From Lophium mytilinum (Eukaryota): 64,000 bases of DNA. A model generated the notes under the pieces. That model made no database searches. It was not told where the DNA came from and worked only from the letters and a program-made list of their open reading frames with translations. The stretch covers positions 331,334-395,333 of the forward strand of contig MU004185.1 in assembly GCA_010093605.1 (NCBI GenBank), given 5' to 3'. Position numbers and translations under genes: made by a program. Shown here piece by piece: positions 12,292 through 22,662 of this stretch; the first letter of the stretch is position 1; each line of letters opens with the position of its first letter.

Positions 12292-14603
12292 ATGGCTCAA
12301 GATCATGAGCTGGCGGCTTCGCAGTAAGTACTTTCGCTCCTCTATGCGCGTGAAGAGGTGGATTGATGTTTACGGACTTGCGCTGTTGTCGGAGTTTGAT
12401 CATGCATGGCTGGTTGCTGATTGTTTGCTAGGCTTCACCAAATCCTCACTACCGAGGGCAAGAAGCCTGAGCAGGATGCTATGGGCGCGCCTATGCCCGC
12501 TGGAATGAAAGATGTCCCGCTGGACGAGAAGAAGGGGATCTCGCCGCACCCGTCGCAGATTACCCTTGACCACGAGCATGACGGCCTCGAGGGCGAGCAT
12601 CCCTCCGAGGAAGAGAAGCGGACGCTGAGGCACATTGGCGACCCATTGCCCAAGGCTGCCTTCCTAGTCGCTATTGTCGAGCTCTGCGAACGTTTTACGT
12701 ACTACGGTATCCAGGGTCTGTTCCAGAACTATGTGCAGAGGCCGCTGGATGGCAGCTTGGGGAGAGGTGCGCTGGGCATGGGGCAGAAAGGTGCTACTGG
12801 ACTGGGAACGTTCTTCCAGTTCTGGTGTTATGGTATGTCATTTTTTTTTTCTTCTCGTATGCACAGGTCTGCTGCTGTTTGTGGTGCTTCAGTACACTTT
12901 TAGAGGTGTGAAAGAGGTAAAACCTCTTAGCTTTGGGTTATTAGGAAACCTGTTGAAGCACCACAAACAGCGGCAGACCTGTGTACTCATCAAGATCGGT
13001 CATTTGCAGTCGTGTGCACACCTGCTTGCCACTGCTTAGAGTGCTTCAACACATTTTCAGAAAAGGAAAAGACGTAGAACCTCCTAGCTTTGGGCTATCT
13101 GGAAACTTGACGAAGCACTCCAAGCAGTGGCAGACAGGTGTATCAATCTGGACAACCACGTCTAACAACACCACAGTCACTCCCATCCTTGGAGCCATCA
13201 TCGCCGACCAGTACCTCGGAAAATACAAAACAATCCTATACTTCTGCTTCGTCTACATCGTTGGCCTCCTGATTCTCACTCTCACGTCTCTTCCTATCGC
13301 GCTTCAGCATGGCGCAGGCCTGGGCGGCTTCATCGCCGCTATTATCATCATCGGTCTCGGCACTGGAGGAATCAAGTCCAATGTCGCCCCCCTCATTGCC
13401 GATCAATACAAGCGCCGTCAAATGGTCATCGGGACTGATCCTAAGAATGGCGAGCGCGTCATCATCGATCCGGCCATCACCATTCAGCGTATTTACATGA
13501 TCTTCTATCTGTGCATCAACATCGGCTCGCTCTCCCTTCTTGGGACGCCCTACATGGAGCGCAACATCGGTTTCTGGAGCGCCTACCTCCTCGGCCTGTG
13601 CATGTTCGTGTTTGGAACCGTGATTCTCATCTTGGGAAAGAAGGTGTATATTGTGCGGCCACCGCAGGGCTCCGTCGTTACCGATGCCTTCAAGTGTATC
13701 TGGATGATGTGCAAGGCCCGGAACATGAATGCGCCAAAGCCAACATACCAGGCTGCTATTGGCGGACGCTCGAATCTGCACTGGGATGACACTTTCGTTG
13801 AAGAAGTGAAGCGGGCGCTGTTGGCTTGCAAGGTTTTCGCATTCTACCCCATCTACTGGGTTGTGTACGGCCAGTTCTCGAACAACTTCGTTACTCAAGG
13901 TACGTCCGCTCCCTTTCCTCGCTCTCCGCGTTTCTTTTCTGACCCTCCCATAGCTGGTGAAATGCGCGGCCACGGCATCCCCAACGATCTCATGCCCAAC
14001 TTCGACCCCATCTCCATCGTCGTCTTCGTCCCCATCCTCGACATGTTCGTGTACCCCGCGATGCGCAAGGCTAAGATCCCCTTCCCGCCCATCAACCGCA
14101 TCACCCTGGGCTTCTGGATCGGCTCGCTCGCCATGGCCTACGCCGCCGTCATCCAGCACTACATCTACATCAGCGGGCCATGCTACGAGTCTCCACTCTG
14201 CGACGCCAGCGTCGTCGATGGCGTGGCGCAGGGAAACAACATCCACATCGCCGCGCAAACCGGCGCCTACATGCTCATCGGTATCTCCGAGATCTTCGCC
14301 TCGGTGACAGGGTTGGAGTACGCCTACACGAAAGCCCCGCCGAGCATGAAGTCGTTCGTGCAGTCTATGTACTTGTTCACCAACGCGTTTGGGTCGGCTA
14401 TCTCGGAGGCGCTGAACCCGGTGCTCTACGACCCTGCGATTTTGTGGATGTTTGTTGGCCTGGCTATTAGCAGTTTCATTACGGGTTGTATTATTTGGAC
14501 GCTGTTCCATCATTACAACAATATTGAGGATAATATGAACTTTGATAAGGATCTGGATGAGGATCCGGCGTTGGTGAAGGATACGGAGAAGTTGGCGGAG
14601 TAG
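12292..14603 (+). CDS. PTR2: POT/PTR family di/tri-peptide transporter
   Basis: ELCERFTYYG (ExxERFxYYG), GTGGIKSNVAPL, FYLCINIGS and YTKAPPSMKS motifs. Introns at 12324-12431, 12833-13176 and ~13900-13953. Confidence 0.95.
12861..13141 (+). repeat. Two tandem ~125-bp hairpin elements (30-31 bp stems) in PTR2 intron 2
   Basis: Arms 12861-12891/12954-12984 and 13018-13047/13112-13141 are reverse complements. The loops of the two copies are homologous (AACCTCYTAGCTTTGGGYTAT..GGAAAC). Confidence 0.85.
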
Positions 14604-15257
14604 ATGTCTTTCGAAGATAGAAAGGGGGTGGCGTGGAGCCGAGCCTTGAGGAAGGTACCTTAAGAGGTAGATGGAGAGGTGAGGCTGGCGGAAGGGATGG
14701 ATGGCCGAGTTCACTAGGCATGAATGAACAACAGATTCTCTACTACTAGGGCTGTCTTGGGGTAGTGATGTCTGGGCGAGACTGGTGGTTTGAATCGCTA
14801 TTTACTGACGGTCTAGAGTCATGACCTCTAGTCACTTGGAGCTCACGTGCGCCCCATGGGGTAGCCCCTGCGTCGGACTATAAAATCTTCTCGTCTTCTA
14901 GTGATTCTTGCTAAAAGGGGTGGACAATACTTTGGTAGAGGTTCAAATCCCGCTAGCTATCAAGCCATGGTTCTGGAATGTTCGGTGGGACTGGGCTGGG
15001 ATCAAAAACTTCACAACAACCATGCCATGGAGTGGCGTGCAAACGGTCCTCAGGTCCTTATCATGCCCGGGGGTTCGAAGTGTGGCGTGCAATCCACCTA
15101 ATCATCATCTCTTTCTTACGCGGATGACACCCACCTTCCTCCCAATTCCTCCAACCTCCACTCATCTCAGCATAAACTCGCCCTCCTCCCTTCCTCGCGC
15201 TGGTGAGCAGCCTGAGCTAGAAGAGGGGCTCACCATCATCACCTTATCGCTGCTCCT

Positions 15258-15965
15258 CCGCAAAACACCATTTCCCACCGGCACCTCCATGGTGCGTTGC
15301 ACTCCGCCGTGTTCACATCTTCTCCGCCCCCCTCAAGTCCATCGCAGGTTGCGTTTTCTGTTTCTGAACATCCAATTCCCACCACTTCATCATTTCCGGC
15401 GTTGTGTTGTTTTGAACATCCGGCTCCCGCCACTCCATGGTACACTCGCTGTGCCGTTTTGAACACCCAGATCCGCTCTTCGATGCCATGTATTTGCGGC
15501 GGTGTCATTGTCGAACAGCTCTCCCTCCCCACCACTTCATCGTTCCCTGCGTTATGGAGTTTTCAACGGCCGACTCCTCCACTCCATCAAAGCAAGATGT
15601 TTTGTGTTTTGAACGGCTCCCGCTCCCAGCACTCCATTCGGGTTGATAGAGGAGCTGTTTTGAACACCCGCCTCCCAACACCCCATGGAATGACAGGATA
15701 GTGGTTTTGAACACCCGAATCTACCACTCCATCATTCCCTGCGTTATGGTGTTTTGAACGCCCAGCTTCCTCTCAATTCCATGGTCCGTCGGGGCTGTGC
15801 TTTTCGAGAGACTTCCGCCACCACCCATTCATTGCTACAGAAGCCTATTTCGAACACCCAGCTCGCCCACCACTCCATCATTTCCGGAGTTATGAGATTT
15901 CGAACACCAAACTCCCCCGGCACTACATCGTTACCAGCATTGTGCTGATTTGACCTCCCGACACC
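15258..15965. repeat. Degenerate tandem array of ~13-15 units of 47-52 bp (TTTTGAAC ... CCACTCCAT ... variable segment)
   Basis: GAAC anchors end at 15369, 15417, 15464, 15516, 15567, 15614, 15665, 15712, 15759, ~15808, 15855, 15905 and ~15955. Unit lengths are mostly not multiples of 3, so the array is non-coding. Confidence 0.85.
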
Positions 15966-17680
15966 TCCCCTCTCCCTTTCTTCCCACCCTTTGTGCTCTC
16001 CGAAGATAACCCTGCCCTGCAGAAGAAAAGCAAAACGGAGGGAAGGTAGAGGTTTTATAGTCGAGCGAGAAGAAAGAAAATGCGGGAGGCACGTGAGGCA
16101 CATGTGCCACGTCATCGTCAGCAGACTTCGGAAAGGGGTGCGGAGAATGGGGAAGGTTTTAACGGTATCTTGTCGATGAAGGCAAGTCATGCGGACCAGC
16201 GCAAACCATCTGCTGAACCCGTGATCGAGCTTGGCGGGAGGGTATAAAGCCTTCGCCCGCGTTCTTGGGGTTGATTCTTCAAGGAAGGAGTTGGAGTGGG
16301 ACTTGGTCAACATTACAGCTAAAACAAATGTATGGTGAGAGTTGGAGCAAATCCGAGATAATGACAGTCCTGATGGACGGGAGTGTGTTTGTTCAACATC
16401 AACCTCAATTGAACTATGGGTGCGAGAGGTCTTCGAACCTGATACGAAGACAGATCCATGGGTTGGGTCTGGGGAGGGGAGTTGTTGAACTATCGCGAGG
16501 AAGGTTGAGAATGGAGCGTGGGAGGTTCTAGCGCTTTAGCAATGGTGACGCCAATCTTCGAGAGCTAATGCTTGAGATAAGTCCTTTAGAGCGCTGATAG
16601 AGGGCTTACTTGCTGCGGAGGTGCGTGTTATCACCATCCAACTCCACTCAATACCACAATCGACCCATCGTACACCCCATCGCTTACTCACACCCCTTCC
16701 ACCAGAAACCCACCAACCACCATTGTCGCTGTAAGATTCATCTGTTGATCCTCCCCTTCCACCCCATGCCTCGCCAACCTCATCGGAGTGTAATTCCAGA
16801 ACGCAGCCATCAGCTCTTCGACCCCTTCATTTGCGAACGAAAGCTACTGCAGCATTCTGGCTTCATGGTGAGCTGTTGCTTTCCCACTGCCATAAATTGT
16901 AGCGGAGTGTCCTTTCAAACCCTTCGAGAGGGCCACTGATTCCGAAGAAGAAAGTTCGCGGGGGCGGGAGGGAAGATTTATAGGGGATGTAGATTGGGAA
17001 CACGTGGGAGGAACGTGACTTTGCGGGAGCAGCTGCGGGTGCAATAGAGCACGTGGACTTCGTATTTCCCTAAAGTGGGTGGAGAAGGGGTCACAAGCAG
17101 GCGGTGCGAGGAGGTACAAAATCTCTTTCGGCGACGAGATTAGGAAAGTAGAGAAGGCGCTTTCGAGATTTTTTAAAGATAGTTGGTTAAGAGGTTGATG
17201 GAGTGAATCGGAACCGCTACACGACCAATGGTCTGGTGCTGGGTTGGATTGGAGTGTCTAATCTTGCACCGTTCCGGGCAATGTGGAGTAGTCTGGGGAG
17301 GCATCATCGACACTCTTGTTGATAAGTATTATTATCTCTGAGTATTAACTATCAGCATCTTGCCTTTCAAGTGTCCACCCATATCAGCTTAAGTCTTACA
17401 TCGCCGACTTAATATAATACCCATCACCTCCATTTCAATCGCTGTTCACTTCCGCGCCCAACACCACCACCAACTCCATGCACTAGGTCGAGTCCTGCGT
17501 TGCATCTCCACTACCACCACCTCTCCCTCCATGGACCTGAAAAGAGACAATTTTTCGCTATCCACCGCCGATCGCAACCTCCCTGGAGAAAATAGAAACT
17601 CGCGATTGAGACTTGGAACTTATAGAGAAAGGACAGCAAGCGCACGTGCGGACCACGTGAGCTATGAAAACTCGGAAGGG

Positions 17681-17808
17681 GCTGGCAAAATCTTAGTTCC
17701 TATCGCTATTTCGTGTCACATGCCTCACACGTGAGTTCTCAAACCCCATAGGCGCTGGAAAAAATCTTAGTTCCTATCGCTATTTCACGTCACATGCCTT
17801 GCACATGA
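17681..17808 (+). repeat. Direct repeat of ~54 bp (period ~73 bp)
   Basis: GCTGG..AAAATCTTAGTTCCTATCGCTATTTC..GTCACATGCCT..CAC.TGA occurs at 17681 and 17754. Confidence 0.85.
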
Positions 17809-18564
17809 CCGGGCTCTGGAGGAGGTATAAAGTCTTCGTCAATGTCGGGCTGAGAGAGGTAAAGATATCTCCTATGGGTGGCGCAAACCGAGGAGCGTTC
17901 GTGGAAATGGTGGAATCAGGTGTACACCAAGCAGCCAATGGTGTGCTGTCTTGGCTGGGGTGTTTGAAAAGAGTCAGAGGAAGAGCGCGATGCGTGTGGC
18001 CGTCCGTCGGTTGGTGGTAGGTCGCAAGACGGCGATGATCCCGATTCATGTTCGAGCTGCATCTTCCCATTATTTATCCTAAAGTTCGTGGCACACTAAC
18101 CCTCAAGATGCCGCAGACCATCGAACTTGAACGCTGTTCCTTGACATCACTAATTTTCGATGACATCCCCCGAACCTCCGCCCTCATCAGTATGGTCCCT
18201 GTAGCGTTTTTGTCGCCGCTTCACCTCCCGGCCCTCCATGTATCTCGTGCGGGCAAGTGTTACGACACCAACCATCACACGGTTTCTCCATGGGTTTGTC
18301 TCCTCCCACCAACACACAGCCATCGTTCGATGTCGTATCGAGTTTTGCCCTCCGCCCCGACCTCCCACCTCTGCACCTCGACAACCGGCGGCAGAAGATG
18401 TTTTATGCCCGCCCAGACCGGCCGGAAGATCGGGCACATCTCCATCTCACGTGTCCGTCACGAGATGCTTTCGCCCTTCGCTGACCTCAAACGCCGAACG
18501 TGCCTGCCCCAGGCTAGAAGACAGAAACCACGCGTTGTTACGCCATCGGAGTCTTTTGCTGACA

Positions 18565-18880
18565 AGAGTATCGGATTCAACGCTATAAGACGTTGGGTGC
18601 GGATGGCTGCGGCGTAAGCAGGCGGCGTCTTGGCCCCGAGAGGCGACATTTTGGTAAAAATGGTCAAAGAAGTATCGGATCGAATTGCGTGGAAGTTGAC
18701 TTGCTAGACATTGCGTGGATGAGAGCACCTTGTGTGGTTTGCTGGCATCTAGGTTACACTGAGGTATTTCTCTGGTACTTTTGGGTGTAAAAGTATCGGA
18801 TCGAACCGCGCAAAAATTGGTTTGGTAGATGTCGCATGAACGCGACCTCGCTGGCTGGCTTACTGACGTGCAGGCTTTTT
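18565..18880 (+). repeat. Three degenerate tandem units (~105-120 bp) starting AGTATCGGAT
   Basis: AGAGTATCGGATTCAA at ~18565, AAGTATCGGATCGAATTGCG at ~18670 and AAGTATCGGATCGAACCGCG at ~18791. Units 2 and 3 share further similarity. Confidence 0.6.
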
Positions 18881-19195
18881 AGATATGCGATTTCCTCCTT
18901 GGTTTTCGCATCGGTGTTGGTGTAGTAATGGTGCTAAAGTAGGGACTTACTAGGAAGTAGTGATGATGGAGAATTTGGCGATTGGACGTGCGGAGTTAAG
19001 ATCTAGAGGAAGTTGTTGAGAAGAGCGGGCTGGTTAGAGGCTAATAGAAACTTGTTATACAGCTAACTGCGTCAATGACTCTGTTTCGAGACTGCTCAGC
19101 GTTCACTGTTCGTTGGTATGTGGCTTGTCTTTGGATAGGACGAATTTGCCTCGGCATTCGTTGTTGGATGAAGCTAGCCTCCGTTTCTGTCAACC

Positions 19196-20227
19196 TTATT
19201 CTTTCTCTTCTTCGTCATCATCCACCCCGGGAAATCCAAGCTCCATCCTCTTCCTCGTCGTTTCTTCTTTCCACTTCCATAACGCCGGAAGTCTCTCGTT
19301 GTGTGGAAGACGCCCAAAGGTGTGGTTCGGAGTCTCCGGATTAAGCCCATGAAGTATGTGTGCGATATCCAAGCTGCCTTTTATCTTGCCATTCACCCTA
19401 AATCGGATTGTTACAATCCTCTCATGCAAGATCTTACCATAATCGGCAGTAGATGAGCCCATGCTGAGCAGATTCCAGATATCGGCGTCCAAATAATCTG
19501 CTAGCCACTCTGGCCGCAAGCTCTTAGTTTTTTTGGTCTCGTGCGGCCCGGCGGAGTGGGCATATTTGAAGTAATTACTATAAGGGTCGCGAAGCTCGTC
19601 TCGAGTGCCTTCTCCGGTCGGATAATCATTGTTGCCCACAAAATCGAGATCCAGCACCTTAATGCTGACCTCCCTATCCCTCGATGAGGAGGTCTGCCCC
19701 ACAGGTCCCCGCTTTAGAACATGCTCCAACAAGTAGTAAAAGCACCACATGATCACCGGTGGTCCCGTACAACCACTTTTCCAAGCGCTTCGTTTGTGTT
19801 CATCTTCAAGACCCATAGCGCGGAAGGTGACGTTAACGACATCAAGCTTGGTAGCGAGCACCGGTACGGAAAGCCAGGTTGGTAACAAGTCCCTCTCATT
19901 GGCGATCATGACGTCGAGTTCGTAGCGCAAAGAAAGCAAAGAAAGACGGCGGAGCGCTGCAGCGGTCTCATCCGCGAGCTGGTGGTTTGTAAGGGAGAGA
20001 GGGTAACTGTTTGACCTGTAGACGGATTTCTCAAGCCACACGTGGGATGGGCCGTAGGGCCAGGACATGAAGCCGGAATCCGGGGATCCGGATTCCCCGC
20101 TCGTCGCAGGTGTGCATCGAGTGGTCTCTGCAGAGGAGATAGTGGGCGGAGCAAGGCGAGCTGAAGATAGAACGAGTTCGATGATATTGTCGCGGAGCTC
20201 CTGGGGAATGGAGAGGAGGGATGGCAT
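19196..20227 (-). CDS. Hypothetical protein with N-terminal F-box-like motif
   Basis: Intronless 343-aa ORF. MPSLLSIPQELRDNIIELVL is followed by LSLTNHQLADET, the split F-box-like pattern of fungal orphan families. Confidence 0.8.
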   Translation of the reverse strand: MPSLLSIPQELRDNIIELVLSSARLAPPTISSAETTRCTPATSGESGSPDSGFMSWPYGPSHVWLEKSVYRSNSYPLSLTNHQLADETAAALRRLSLLSLRYELDVMIANERDLLPTWLSVPVLATKLDVVNVTFRAMGLEDEHKRSAWKSGCTGPPVIMWCFYYLLEHVLKRGPVGQTSSSRDREVSIKVLDLDFVGNNDYPTGEGTRDELRDPYSNYFKYAHSAGPHETKKTKSLRPEWLADYLDADIWNLLSMGSSTADYGKILHERIVTIRFRVNGKIKGSLDIAHILHGLNPETPNHTFGRLPHNERLPALWKWKEETTRKRMELGFPGVDDDEEEKE

Positions 20228-20649
20228 GCCGAAGGATATTTGGGAGTTTCAGGTCGGATAGGATGTCACCTGAAAGTCGGAAGTTATGGACGTGAAGGCT
20301 AGGAAGTGAACGATAGAACTATATTTGACCAACGATAGTCACAAAGGCGAACAATCAAATTCATGTGGTTGAAGATTCAGATATATGCAACGAGGGTTAG
20401 CTGGCGCTGAAGGCTGTATCGGGAGGTGGGCAGTTTGAGGAAGTGAGGCTGAGGTTGCATGGGTACTGTACTTTCCGACTGTACGCTCCGGATCCACTCC
20501 GTACAATAACAGTAAACAAGAGCGAGGCGCCATCAAGCCCCAGCGACCGGTTTGCTCAGGCAACATTTCCAATACGCTTCTCTCCGCCCCATCCTTTCGG
20601 CGTTACGCCTTGGTTTTGTTGTTGAGGACCATCAGCGCCCTACAACAAC

Positions 20650-21714
20650 ATGGACTCAACACCGACAGTCAGCGCCCCTGCGTTGAGCGGCACCAAATGC
20701 GCATCGTCTTGTTCTCTTCGTATTTTTGAGAATCCTCCAAGCAGCGCGGCCGATGTCGTGGTAGTTTTTAGCCAGCTAGTCGAGCTTCGAAAATTGCAGG
20801 AAGATTGCTGCGAGCGATTGAAGGCTGCGAAACTACCGGCGAGAATCTTGACGTTTGCTTACGATGCACAACCGCCTAGTTCCATGAACAATGGTACTCA
20901 AGGCCTTACGAGTGCTGAAGCAGCCGTGGTTTTCTGCCAATCGTTATCCTCAGAGCGCGAGGCCTCCGGAAGAAAGAACGATCCAATTCTTTTCCTTACG
21001 ACTAAGAACAGCGTCGACTCAATTATCCCGATAATCTTGGGCGACAGCCTTGTTCTTGGTCCTCTGGCAGAAGAAACAGACGTCAACAGCATTATATACG
21101 CTCCAATCAAGCGCTCCACATTTGGCGTACTGCGCCTTCACGCTTCTCCTTATACTTATCGCCAACGAATCCTCGAAACGGCCATACTAACATCCCTACA
21201 AGCTGTTATCATCATTGCGCTACACATCTACAAGCTCTACTGCGGCAGCCTTTTTGACCCGAGCTGGCCGATCTGGTCATCATTATCCGTTATAGGCTTC
21301 GTCCAAAAGGCCCTGGTATACACTTTGCTGGGATGGTTTGCTCTAGGCTACGTGCATCTGGCTACTATGCAGTTTGACGTCAACCGTAATGATCGGCTGC
21401 AATGGGTGTTCATCGCGGTCGGCATTTCGGTAGTCATCCCCAAGCATTGGCATTTCGCCACCATCGACCTACAAGCCCTCGCCTTACCGTTAGCAGTTAC
21501 TATTACGGCTTCCATGGTATTTAGCGCATGGATGCATTGGGTCTGGCGGTTCATTTCGAATGATAAAGAATCTAAAATGGAAAAGAAAGTGAAGATGCTG
21601 GTACGACGTGCCAGTAATATGGTCCCGGGGGATCCTTCACGTTTCATTGAATATGACTCCGTCCTGGATAACATGAGCAACTTCACTTTTGAATACTGGC
21701 CATGGGATTGGTAG
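20650..21714 (+). CDS. Membrane protein with degenerate SesB-like alpha/beta-hydrolase N-terminus and ~4-5 C-terminal TM helices
   Basis: 354-aa ORF. ADVVVVF, LPARILTFAYDA, PILFL and IKRSTFGVL resemble fungal SesB/DUF676-type motifs. The C-terminal half is hydrophobic. Confidence 0.6.
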   Translation: MDSTPTVSAPALSGTKCASSCSLRIFENPPSSAADVVVVFSQLVELRKLQEDCCERLKAAKLPARILTFAYDAQPPSSMNNGTQGLTSAEAAVVFCQSLSSEREASGRKNDPILFLTTKNSVDSIIPIILGDSLVLGPLAEETDVNSIIYAPIKRSTFGVLRLHASPYTYRQRILETAILTSLQAVIIIALHIYKLYCGSLFDPSWPIWSSLSVIGFVQKALVYTLLGWFALGYVHLATMQFDVNRNDRLQWVFIAVGISVVIPKHWHFATIDLQALALPLAVTITASMVFSAWMHWVWRFISNDKESKMEKKVKMLVRRASNMVPGDPSRFIEYDSVLDNMSNFTFEYWPWDW

Positions 21715-22662
21715 GCCTTTTCACGTTTGACGAACGAGCGCTCGCTAAAAGACTTATACGCCCAAATTCATGATTGCACTATGTATTGCTGGCTTTGGGC
21801 AAACTCCTCTCTCGAGCGGTGTTGAGCACGATGCCGAAGTGTGGAGAGGGGAACATTCCCCCGTTCGACCAAGGCAGCATGTGTCCTAAGTACATCTGAA
21901 GGAAGGCTTTGCGCCAGTACCTGGCTGGCTCGGTCTATTTCTGTGCATTCCCTTGGTTGCGCTTGTTTGTGCCCTATAGCTCTGAGCGGCTTCCTCATCT
22001 ATATCTCGAGACTTGTGGTTGCCGCGCTGGCAGCAACACTATTGAGGTACTCTGCTCATTATTATCATCAAACATAGAACGAGGAAGTGGCTTTTACCAT
22101 GCTCCTCTTGACTCACCGAGTCTGGTGCATTCTCTTTAGGCACGGTGATGATAGCCAAGTCGATAATGACTTTCAGCAACTGTGTATTAGCCGCCTCAAA
22201 AGGCCATACCGCACTTCGGTCACTCCAGCTCGCCAGATCAAACACTGCTTCTACTACCAGTACTATAGCGCTACGAGCCGTGTTTCTCCACAAGTCTGCT
22301 ACCTGCTGAGCATAGGCGGCGTATGTACCGACCAGATAGTCTCGAGCAGGGGGCGTCTCAATCAAAAGCCGATTGGGACAATTAGCAGGCACTCTCGGAC
22401 AATAAACAGTGAGAATACAATTCTTGTGTGTAAGAATGTAAGACGGTACTAGATTACTAGGAAAAGGCACTTAGGGCAATGCTAAGTAAAGTAACTACAA
22501 TATTGCGGGCCTTGATTCTAACACTCTATGCGAAGGCAGATATTCAGCTACTTCAACGACGTTCATTGTAAAGAAGACAAATTTTGAATATACAAAGAAA
22601 CCCAAGACAGAGAAGGGTATAAGGCGGATCTTGTATCTGCAATAGGACTCTCCGGACACGGC

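Larger units (their letters stand above)
14844..17831. promoter_or_regulatory. Repeated TATA-box + CACGTG (E-box) promoter-like cassettes, mostly bidirectional, with no associated protein ORF
   Basis: TATA-like boxes at 14879(+), 16053-16059(-), 16243(+), 16977-16982(-), 17115(+, TACAAAA), 17619-17624(-) and 17826(+). CACGTG at 14844, 16090, 17001, 17050, 17643, 17654 and 17728. Three plus-strand boxes share the GGAGG(G)TAYAAA context. Confidence 0.45.

Noticed and set aside
14905..14960. tRNA-like T-loop GGTTCAAATCCC
   Set aside because: No acceptor stem, D-arm or anticodon arm could be built around it.
15258..15965. Calling the array a bona fide CRISPR
   Set aside because: Eukaryotic context, degenerate repeats, recurring spacers and no cas genes. 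Kept only as an architectural analogy.
17860..19120. Telomerase RNA candidate (CTAACCCT at ~18096, downstream of a TATA box)
   Set aside because: Only an 8-nt template match, which also occurs by chance elsewhere (e.g. ~46184). No pseudoknot or CR4/5 could be verified by eye; an Infernal search with a Pezizomycotina TER model would be needed.
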